From NCBI GenBank assembly GCA_964016885.1, contig OZ024742.1:176080001-176144000 (forward strand): 64,000 nt of DNA, written 5' to 3'. The position numbers and the translations under genes were made by a program. The DNA comes from Eledone cirrhosa. Its lineage: Eukaryota. Shown here in pieces: positions 26,080 to 36,546 of the stretch. The notes beneath the pieces are model-generated. The model did not search any database. It was given only the letters and a program-made list of their open reading frames with translations, and was not told the DNA's origin. Each line of letters opens with the position of its first letter. Position 1 is the first letter of the stretch.

Positions 26080-26410
26080 GGATGCACATGGCTTAGTGGT
26101 TAGAGCATTGGCCTTGCAATCGAAAGGTTATGAGCTCAATTCTCGGACCTGGTGATGTGTTATTTCCTTGAGCAAGACACTTTATTTCCCATTGCTCGAG
26201 CTTACTCAGCTGTAGAAATGAGATGATAGGACTGGGGTCCCTATCATTCCGCTGCACACTGGTTGTGGGGGTACAATGGCAAAAAGCACACAGAAGTCAC
26301 TGTAAATGAGATTGCTGTTGGGAAGGACATCCAGCTGTAGAAATCAAGCCAGAATCAATTCCTGTCCCACCCTTGCAAGCAGGGAAAAACAGACGTAAAA
26401 TGGTGATGAT
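26080..26410 (+). mobile_element. tRNA-derived SINE (same family as 9560-9897)
   Basis: A box TGGCTTAGTGG, B-box-like GAGCTCAATTC, shared core and tail. Confidence 0.85.
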
Positions 26411-26426
26411 ATATATGTATGTATGC

Positions 26427-26478
<52 letters not shown>

Positions 26479-26489
26479 CAATAATAATA

Positions 26490-28720
26490 CTAATAGTAAT
26501 AATAATAATAAATTTGAAGACTAAAATCCAAAGAGGGCTCGATAAGGATAAATATATATCAAATATATAGGAACCGTAGAGCAAATATTTAATAAAAGAA
26601 CAGATTAAAGTTTAAGCAAAGAATCGCTGCATTCACCCATAACGGGATCTGCTGAAACTAACAAAGTCAATCTGTGAACGCAGAAGTGAATATTTCAAAA
26701 AACGTTGCAACCGGAGGAAGACAGGAAGACGATACTTTGCTTCGTGGAAACGTTCCCTAGCAAAGAACGGGAAGAAACGAATATAATAAGTCACTATTTG
26801 GAGCGGTGAAAAACAATTACACGCAAAGACAGAACCACGTTTATGGTATAAAAGAAGTCGTAGACTAATATTTTATTAGGTGGTTCATACAGACGTTCTC
26901 TAGCAATGAACGGAAACAACGAAGATAATACGTCATATATGGAGCGGGGAGAACAATTGCACGCAAATACAAAACCACGTAAATGGTATAACTGAAGTCG
27001 TAGACTAAAATTCTAACTAGGAAACCGAATGATTCTCGACTTCAGAGTTAAGAATAAAGTAAATAAAATACAGAGGTAATAGAAATTAAATAAATACATA
27101 CACGCATCCATATACGTATATACACAAGCTTACGCGAAAACACTCGCCATAGGTATACAAATACACGCACGTACACAAAAAAAGAGAAAAAAAAACAAAA
27201 AACCCGCACGCACATACAGAACCCACGCAACGCCTGTATCCGCACGCATAAGAATGAATACACCAAACACACATAAAATATATATTTAAAAAAAGATATA
27301 TATATATGTGTTTGTGTGTGTGTGTGTGTATACATATAATTAAATAAACGTATATAAATAAATAAATACGTATATAACAAGCGCACAACATACCTACATG
27401 TAAATACTCATATGTTCGGAGACGTACGTCAACCAAAACACAAAGTACACATATACACACACACTACATACGTACGAACCCGCATACACACACAGACGCA
27501 AAGCTCCAGTGTACACATAAGCAAAGCATATGTACCAGAATATATAAGATATACGCCATAACCTATACAATAAAATATACGTACGAGAAAGTATACGTAC
27601 CTTCACAAAACATACAGGTAATATATACTTACCTATACAAATAATTAATGGTATAAACATAACATATACTTAGCTACCACATCAAGACGTAAAATATCCG
27701 CGTATAGTTCGTACTATCCGTTAGGGTATAATGTGGGGCTGTAATACAGGAAAATTTTGTGCAATTTATGTTTACAAGCCGAAATTGCTTCTGATTTTTT
27801 GTTTAAGATGTTGTCTTTGGCATAGAGTATTTCCAGGGCTTCAGCGGCGCAGAGGTCACAAGGTTTTTATTTCCGTTATACGATCTAGCCTTAGCTTGGA
27901 TCTCCCAGTGTAACTTATATTGGGTTTAGTTGTCTTTTAGACTCCAGATATAAGCTGAAAGTGACGTGATATTCCTTCTTAAAAGGTAACGAAAAGAATA
28001 GGTGGGCATGTAAAGACGCTGCTTGAATCTATTGGCGGTTAACCCTATGTAAGCCCTACGGGACGTGGGTGTTTCAACCTTACATTTGTAGACAATGTTA
28101 CTAGAGAGGCATTTCCCGGATAGGGGGCAGTCAACCCAATTTCTACAATTACAGTTAGTACTAACTACAGGGTTGCACGTGTTCCTACGGCTAGGTAGTT
28201 TAGCTAAATTTGAAGCTGTGATGTTATGTGGAAGGTTAGGAGTTGTAGAGTAAGACATTTTAATAGTATTTCTATTAAACATTTTACTATATTTATGTGT
28301 AGGGGGAAAATGTTTTGTAATAAGGGAGAGAAAGATCTTAGTTAATGGTGTGGCCACCTCCATATTATAAGGTGGGTTATACCATATAATGCATCGGGAT
28401 CTATTTCTTCTAGGTCTCTTCTCGTACTCTGTATAAGCTACCTTATCGACAAATCTACTCCGAGCAAGAGCTTCATTGTAATATGTGGAATGGTCGTTGA
28501 AAATATGCTCGTTAGTAGATAGACGGGAAAGCCTCAAAGGAACGTTTCTTACCTGGTTCTTGGTTATGCTGGCAGGATGGTTAGAATGCATACTTATATA
28601 ATTAAGCGTATCATTCGCTTACTATGCGGGTAATGCAAGCCATTCGATAAATTGAGGGTAACGTCGAGGTAATCAACGACCGAGAGGTTGGCCTCAACCA
28701 GTATGGAGAGGTTGAAGCTC
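26490..28720 (-). mobile_element. 5'-truncated Penelope-like element: RT C-terminus, Cys-rich linker, GIY-YIG endonuclease, long 3' UTR/pLTR
   Basis: ORF 27926-28591 SNHP, IIWYNPP, HFP..H..KMFN.NT.K.SYS, CNCR..CPL.GKCL, IVYKC..YIGLT..FKQR; shifted frame CDLCAAE..ILNKKSE..SACKH near 27760-27860. Joining the 26490-27700 tail to it is inference. Confidence 0.85.
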
Positions 28721-29099
28721 ATTACCACCTGATTCTGTTACCTAGAGATAGATGTAATTCTTTTCTTTTGTCCCTTTATCTTTTTTCTCACTTCCTTCCA
28801 CTCCCTCTCCTCTTCCTTTTCCTTTACCTTTTTCCTCTTTCTCTTACCCTGAGGCAGTCCATCGGGATTTTATAACCTCAGTACACTCACCCCCGTAAAT
28901 TGTATATAGCATTGGCCAAAAACGCATTACCTGCTAATGATATAGCAGCTGTTTTAGACGCCAGTTTTTTTTTATGTTTTAATTTTTTGATTTTAGTATT
29001 TTAATTTTATAATTTCCAATTCTCAGATTCCTGTAGAATTTTTTTGTCACCTGCTTTCTAGCTAGCTAAATTCATCCACACTCCTTACAATTTGTTGTG

Positions 29100-29472
29100 T
29101 AGAATTTATTTTCAACGCTTGACCGGCTTCACCCACACCCTCATTGTTCTACAGGCAAGTTCAGCCACCCTCCACCACTACCTACCGCCATGAAAGATTT
29201 AACTGTGTTTACAAGAAATTTTGACCAATTCTTTTGACAACTACAACCTTCAGAAATGCATGATTATCGCATGACTATACGTAATTACCTCTTGAAAAGT
29301 TCGGCTATTTATTTCCACGTTAAAAATCTAATTTAGTCCAGAAATAGCCGTAGAAATGGCTTGAACTCTGCCATTGGGGTCCTGAACATTTTCCTATAAC
29401 CCACTCTACTACACAAAGTATCGAGTACTCTGGTGCGTTATGGTCCACTTTGTTCCTTACCACACTGCCTTC
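29100..29472 (+). mobile_element. Family B, longest copy; possible Penelope 3' end with degenerate U3-A8 HHR-like motif
   Basis: ctc-TTGAAAA-g..cggctattt(...)aaatagccg..GAAA-tggc-TT at 29289-29365, then the family B tail. Confidence 0.55.
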
Positions 29473-29473
29473 A

Positions 29474-29548
<75 letters not shown>

Positions 29549-29607
29549 CAAGGCTCTGATGCCATCAACACCATAAACACACAGCTGGCATATCTAAGAA
29601 CTGACGA

Positions 29608-29663
29608 ACTGGCTGATGAGGTCATAGACATTGAATTGCTATCACCGAAATATATATAGCAGT
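29608..29663 (+). ncRNA. Minimal type-I hammerhead ribozyme in a ~170-bp TA-flanked insert
   Basis: actgg-CTGATGA-ggtcatag(...)ctatcacc-GAAA-tatata-TA-gcagt followed by AATAAA; one mismatch each in stems I and II. Confidence 0.7.
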
Positions 29664-29721
29664 AAATAAAGGATTATGAGTTCATGTAATTGACTTATGT
29701 TTCGTAACTATATATAAATAT

Positions 29722-29802
<81 letters not shown>

Positions 29803-29807
<5 letters not shown>

Positions 29808-30611
29808 CGGGTAGAATTCCCGAGATCCATGGACGAGTTCTCTCCAACGGTCTGTGTCCCTCATTATCGCTGCCATGTCCTGCGTCTCCAACAGACCAGT
29901 GTCTGTCCTTAGGGTATCAACATACGTTAACATTGCTCTTCCTCTTCCAGTGTGCCCATGTAGGGGCTCCCACAGGAGCACTGAGTGCAATGTCAAATCT
30001 GGATGTCGGTGAGGATGTCCAGCTAACCTCGGTCTCCTCTGTGTCACTTTTGAGCTGACATTTTGGAGGCTCCCATACAGCTCTTAGTTTTTCATCCTCA
30101 GTATATACTGATTAATGTTCAGAGCCATCCTCAGCATTCTCGTGTAGCACCCATCCACCTTCTGAGTGAGTGTATTGGCCTTACTGTAGCACCGGCTAGA
30201 GCAGGAGAGTTAAGGCGAAAAAGGTATCAGATGCTGAATTTGCCGGTGACATAGTTTTGGTGACAAATACAGTGAAGGAGGCAGATAATTTTATGCAGGA
30301 GGTTGAGACTGTGTCGATGAGTGTGAGGCTGTGAATAAATGAGACTAAAACAAAATATCTGGTAGAGAATGTTGAGAAGCCAGAGGGGATCACTAATGTA
30401 GGCGGGAAGCCGCTAGAATTGGTTGAGGACTCCCTGTATTTGGGAGCAAATATTGGGAATACGGAAGATAATGTGGTTGAGAGGAAGAGCAAAGTCTGGT
30501 TGGCGTGCCACAGCTTGAGATCGGTGTGGTAGTGGGACCTTCGTAAAGACCTGAAAATCCGACTCTTCATTGCTGTAGTGGAGTCTGTGCTGCTGTACGG
30601 GTCTGACACTT

Positions 30612-30612
<1 letters not shown>
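29803..30612 (-). mobile_element. RTE-like LINE fragment with 5' inversion
   Basis: Minus 29803-30190 reads DGCYTRMLRMALN..RLAGH..LLWEP.HG..GRGR; plus 30196-30612 reads EFAGDIVL..INETKTKY..YLGA..VESVLLYGSDTW. Confidence 0.82.
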
Positions 30613-30649
<37 letters not shown>

Positions 30650-31414
30650 ACACATATGCACCCGTATGTATTCATGCACAGACACACGGACTTAGGCCCA
30701 CGCGTACATACATATATAATTACAGACACTCCCAGATATGCGCGTGTGTGTGTATGCGTGACGCTGCTGGCACTCTTGCAAACATAGCACTATATACGCA
30801 TATAAACACACCCCCATATATACCTTGAGTAGGCCAGCTTAGGATGTTAACTTGAGATACTCCACGTAAAAACCACATATAAACAAAATACAAACATATG
30901 AAAAGAAACTGTACAAAACTATTTGGAAAGTACATAGGAACATGTATATAATGCTGTAAATCAGGGAATACACAAAGAAAATTTGCGTGAAGAAATACGT
31001 AAAAAAAAAAAAAATGCATATACGGAATACGTCAAAGAATGCATGTAACATCTCACGTAGCTGTATATACGTGTATGCAAACACACTTTGATGCACACGT
31101 TGAGTGAGTTGGCATTAGAGTGTTAACGTGAAATAATCCACATAAAGAAACCATATAAACAAAATTACATATGGGAAGCTCATAGGAACAATGCAAAGGA
31201 TATACTTTAAAAGTATATAAAAAATACATAAAACATTCCATAAATTGTGTTCCGATGCATCACTGATTCTTCGTTTTCCATATTATTATACTCTGCTCTG
31301 AGGGAGCATTGAGTGTCTCAACTGGCATGCTGCCTATGGACGCATCCAAGCAATCTTACTACAAATATATATATAAATTACAGAATAACCAAAACTATGT
31401 TCAAATCATTTTAT

Positions 31415-31461
31415 TGCTGACAATCGTTTCTTCCAAACTTCCGTTTGGAATCATCGGAGCA
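31415..31461 (-). ncRNA. Type-I hammerhead-like motif with U4C core change
   Basis: tgct-CCGATGA-ttccaaac(ggaa)gtttggaa-GAAA-cgattg-TC-agca; 8-bp stem II, GUC site. Confidence 0.65.
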
Positions 31462-31935
31462 CTAGCAAAGTTTAGACATATGATTAACCTTCTATTCCAC
31501 AGACCAATTGTAAAGATATGTAGATATTGGTGTTGTTATTAATAGTGTCATGTTTAAAAAGTAAAGATGATGTGGTCAGTATGAGAGGATGCGACAAATA
31601 TTATAAAAGAATAATAAAACAATTATAGAGGAATTAAAGAAGAAAGTTACTCGCAATATGAGGACATTAGCGGTACATATGCAAAGGTATAGAAAGAGTT
31701 CAGAGGTATTAGGGATGTGCAGAATAACCAAACAAGAAACAAGCAATGGTACTAAGCATAAATATATATCACAGTATGGTAAAGGTATCACATAATACAA
31801 TACAGGTATAAAAGCATATTAAGCAGACAGAGATGCGTGGGTAAGAAAAGCATTTTCTATGAAGTTTGTGATGGATGCAATGTGATAATTGTTCCGGTAA
31901 TGTTCAAATGTGCATGTACGAATATATATATATAT

Positions 31936-32151
31936 AGTAATAATAATAAATGTGAAGACTAAAATCAAAAGAGGGCTTGATAAGGATAAATATATATCAA
32001 ATATATAAGGACCCTAGAGCAAATATTTATTAAAATAACAGATTAAAGTTTAAGCAAAAAATCGCTTCCTTCACCCTTAACAGGATCTTTAGAAGATCAT
32101 GTTAAGGGTGAAAGCAGCAATTCTTTGCTTAAACTTTAATCTGTTATTTTA

Positions 32152-32157
<6 letters not shown>
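31936..32157 (-). mobile_element. Short copy of the 26490-26660 Penelope-associated terminus (family D) with fold-back
   Basis: gaagactaaaatc.aaagagggct.gataagg..acagattaaagtttaagcaa; inverted 32024-32088 vs 32093-32157; further copies at 54450-54520, 57565-57765, 59242-59330 and 62490-62655. Confidence 0.75.
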
Positions 32158-32194
<37 letters not shown>

Positions 32195-32197
<3 letters not shown>

Positions 32198-32690
32198 TCA
32201 TCATCATCGTTTAACGTCTATCTTCCACGCTAGCATTGGTTTAGACGGGAATTGTCCTACGTGAGGCAAGATTGGTCGGGTGACCATGTCTGGCTTGTAT
32301 AGGACTGTCTGGCAGGTTTTCTACGGCTGGATACTCTTCGTAACACCAACCACGTTTACAGTGTGGACTGGGAGGTTTTTACCGTGTTACCTACATGGCC
32401 ACATTACACCTTGGACTGTGTGTTTTTTTGTCGTGACACCTACACGAGCTCATTTATTTTGGACTGGATGTTGTGGTACCAACATAACTTTACAGAGAAA
32501 GGGTGGTGTTAGTGGGAGTGGGGGGAAGTAGGGGGGTAGGGGAGTGGGATGGGTTATATATTTGGGTAAGACGTGCCTACTGACTCTAGTTTTCGCTTTG
32601 TACATAGGCAAGGCGGGTCTTCTGTATTACTGCTTAGCGCCAAAGATCTCAGTCCAGTGACATTGTCTTAGAGAGGTGTAAGTGTGGAAG
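32195..32690 (-). mobile_element. RTE-type 3' UTR/SINE fragment with (GAT)n tail
   Basis: Homologous to 21550-21900 and 47060-47558. Confidence 0.7.
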
Positions 32691-32694
32691 GTTG

Positions 32695-32757
<63 letters not shown>

Positions 32758-32763
32758 CACACT

Positions 32764-33016
32764 AGGTGTGTCAGAAAAGAGGGTCATCAAGGTGACCCAT
32801 TTTCTGGATGTAGATCTCATCAAGATGACCGTAATGGTGAAGCTGTGGTGAATACCAGGAGAATGCTTCCAGGAATGTGTGGATATGTGGCGGAGAATGA
32901 TGGGAAAGTGTGTTATATTCAAGGGTGATTATTTTGAGGGGAAAACTTTTAGTTTGCCGTTTGGATTTGAAATATTTTCTTGTGACTCCATTCCTGTTTC
33001 TTTTCTGACACACCTT
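32764..33016 (+). mobile_element. Mariner MITE retaining only the transposase C-terminus
   Basis: TIRs AGGTGTGTCAGAAAAGA / TCTTTTCTGACACACCT; reads IPGECFQEC..W....KCV..KGDYFEG. Confidence 0.8.
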
Positions 33017-33234
33017 ATATATATATATATACATACATATATACATATATTTACATATATATACATATATTTATATATATATATATATTTATTTATATAC
33101 ATATATATATATAATACAAGGACGATTGGTTAAGCATTCATTGTATTGATCTGGCCCGATACTGGAATCAAAAGCTCATCAAACCACTGTTGGAGGAATG
33201 ACAGAGTGTTACACTCCCTCAGTATATATATATA

Positions 33235-33561
33235 TCATCATCATCATCATTTTACGTCCGCTTTTCCCTGCTTGCAAGGGTGGGACGGGAACTGATTCTT
33301 GCATGATTTTTACAGCTGGATGCCCTTCCTAACACCAACCTCATTTACAGTGATTGCTGGGTGCTTTTTTTCCGTGGCACCTCCACGACCACTTTGCAGT
33401 GGAATGATAGCCCCAGTCCTATCATCTCATTTCTACAGCTAAGTAAACTGGAGCAATGTGAAATAAAGTGTCTTGCTCATGGAAACAACACACCACCCGG
33501 TCTGAGAATTGAACTCACAACCTTTCGATTACAAGGCCAATGCTCTAACCACTAAACCATG
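33235..33561 (-). mobile_element. tRNA-derived SINE (same family as 9560-9897)
   Basis: Reverse complement match including A/B boxes and (GAT)n tail. Confidence 0.85.
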
Positions 33562-33633
33562 TGTGTGTGAGTGTGTGTGTGTGTGTGTGTATGTGTCTGT
33601 GTGTGTATATATATATATACATATATATATATA

Positions 33634-33860
<227 letters not shown>

Positions 33861-33979
33861 ATAAGTTGTAATATAATGAAACGAAATCTCATTTCGCACG
33901 CTTAGTACGGCACTTACTTAAATGTAAGTATGTATGTATACGTACATACATATATCTATACAGACGTACAGTAGCATGC

Positions 33980-34068
<89 letters not shown>

Positions 34069-34217
34069 CAGGTACACATATATATATGTACGTATCAGTT
34101 TAGCGAGCGTTTATTATATCGCCCGCTTTGTTCGTTTGTAAACAAGCGAACAGCCTGATTTATGCCATACGGTGTTAAGGCAACCACGTCACCCTTTTGT
34201 TCAACACTGACACAGGA

Positions 34218-34260
34218 ACGATGTACTAGTTTCAAGCTTGTTAACTATCATCAGCACCGT
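34218..34260 (-). ncRNA. Minimal type-I hammerhead ribozyme
   Basis: acggtg-CTGATGA-tagttaacaagctt-GAAA-ctag-TA-catcgt. Confidence 0.82.
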
Positions 34261-34495
34261 ATACCCTTCTGCCAGATAGTTGAACGTTTGAAAGTATATA
34301 CTTTCCTTATGAAAATTAACGGCTGAGCAGCCTAATTTGCATATCGAGTGAGTTAAGTCGGCCAGGCGTACCGAAAACGATAAGTTGTAATATAATGAAA
34401 CGAAATTTCATTTCTCACTCTTAGTACGGCACTTACTTAAATGTAAGTATGTATGTATACGTACATACATATATCTATACAGACGTACAGTAGCA

Positions 34496-34553
<58 letters not shown>

Positions 34554-34702
34554 CAGGTACACATATATATATGTACGTATCAGTTTAGCGAACGTTTACT
34601 ATAACGCCCGCTTTGTTCGTTTGTAAACAAGCGAACAGCCTGATTTATGCCATACGGTGTTAAGGCAACCACGTCACCTTTTTGTTCAACACTGACACAG
34701 GA

Positions 34703-34745
34703 ACGATGTACTAGTTTCAAGCTTGTTAGCTATCAGCAGCACCGT
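34703..34745 (-). ncRNA. Hammerhead copy with A6C core mutation (probably inactive)
   Basis: Same fold but core reads CTGCTGA (change at 34736). Confidence 0.7.
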
Positions 34746-34980
34746 ATACCCTTCTGTCAGATAGTTGAACGTTCGAAAGTATATACTTTCTTTATGAAAA
34801 TTAACGGCTGAGCTGCCTAATTTGCATATCGAGTGAGTTAAGTCGGCCAGGCGTACCGAAAACGATAAGTTGTAATATAATGAAACGTAATTTCATTTCT
34901 CACTCTTAGTACGGCACTTACTTAAATGTAAGTATGTATGTATACGTACATACATATATGTATACAGACGTACAGTAGCA

Positions 34981-35022
<42 letters not shown>

Positions 35023-35366
35023 CAGGTACACATATATATATGTACGTATCAGTTTACCGAACGTTTATTATAACGCCCACTTTGTTCGTTTGTAAACAAT
35101 CGAACAGCCTGATTTCTGCCATACGGTGTTAAGGCAACCACGTCACCTTTTATTTATTTTTTTTTTTTTTTACTTACATATTTACTTTTAATAAGTGCCG
35201 TACTAAGAGTGAGAAATGAAATTTCGTTTCATTATATTACAACTTATCGTTTTCGGTACGCCTGGCCGACTTAACTCACTCGATATGCAAATTAGGCTGC
35301 TCAGCCGTTAATTTTCATAAGGAAAATATATACTTTCGAACGTTCAACTATCTAGCAGAAGGGTAT

Positions 35367-35409
35367 ACGGTGCTGATGATAGCTAACAAGCTTGAAACTA
35401 GTACATCGT
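35367..35409 (+). ncRNA. Minimal type-I hammerhead ribozyme
   Basis: acggtg-CTGATGA-t-agct(aaca)agct-t-GAAA-ctag-TA-catcgt; 6-bp stem I, palindromic ACTAGT stem III, GUA site. Confidence 0.85.
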
Positions 35410-35568
35410 TCCTGTATCAGTGTTGAACAAAAAGGTGATGTGGTTGCCTTAACACCCTATGGCATAAATCAGTCTGTTCGCTTGTTTACAAACGAACAAA
35501 GCGGGCGTTATAATAAAGGTTCGCTAAACTGATACGTACATATATATATGTGTACCTGTATGTATATA

Positions 35569-35648
<80 letters not shown>

Positions 35649-35719
35649 TGCTACTGTACGTCTGTATACATATATGTATGTACGTATACATACATACTTA
35701 CACATATATATATAAATAA

Positions 35720-35946
35720 TTTTAAAAGCCATACAATGCCTTTTATGGGCAAAACGAACTGGCAAGAGACACAGAGATAGACCCCGAGCAAGATGGTTGG
35801 ATAACATCGATGAGCTTGGCTGGTCATACTTGGGGTTCCAGCCAGATCATTTGGAGATGGTTGCTTCTGACAGACTCCACTAGAAGGAGTGTCTAAGGAC
35901 TCTTCCCCCACGACCCTCTCAGGAATATGCGGGTGAAGAAGAAGAA
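35720..35946 (+). mobile_element. RTE LINE 3'-end fragment with (GAA)n tail
   Basis: [13 protein letters not shown] motif; homologous to 13700-13905. Confidence 0.7.
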
Positions 35947-36509
35947 GGTTTGATGAAGCTTTTGATCAACATGACAGGAATATCCATTCCTGCAATATTG
36001 TCCTCATCAGAATCTGTCCAATAACATAACATATTTACCAACATACGTCCATGTTATCGCAAGTCTAAAAAACGTTTGGGAAATAGTTTGTTATTTGATA
36101 GATTTTCATGAGATCAACATAGCAGGAATGGATATTATTGTTATGTTGATGGAAATGTTCATCAACCCATTGAAGGATATAATTCAATTTAATCCTGGTT
36201 ATTTTTATCCATTTATATATATATTCTGTGATACTGTAAAACTACTGTGATTAGAAATTTACCGATTGTATTGAACTCTGAACTGTCTTTTATCTATATT
36301 GCTGTAGACTATAAAATCACATTTGAGCTTTGGAATATTCTTTGCCTTTATAAGGTTGAGTTATCAACACATCTAAACTATTTATATATATGTATACATG
36401 TGTGTATATATATTTCCATGAGATGTGACAATGAATAGACCTGTTATCTAAAGAAATTTTTTCAAACTCCACGCTGCCCGTCTCTTCAATCTATCTTATT
36501 TTTCATTCT

Positions 36510-36546
36510 TTCTTCTGATGAAGGACTAGTGTCCGAAAGTTTAAAA
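36510..36546 (+). ncRNA. Degenerate hammerhead-like motif
   Basis: CTGATGA-a-ggac(tagt)gtcc-GAAA intact; stems I and III poorly formed. Confidence 0.45.

Larger units (their letters stand above)
33861..35702. mobile_element. Multimeric retrozyme-like element: ~2.6 tandem units plus ~1.1 inverted unit, each full unit with an HHR
   Basis: Units start at 33861, 34380, 34865 (519 and 485 bp, differing mainly by internal TA length); T-rich junction 35148-35171; inverted copy 35172-35702. Confidence 0.88.
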
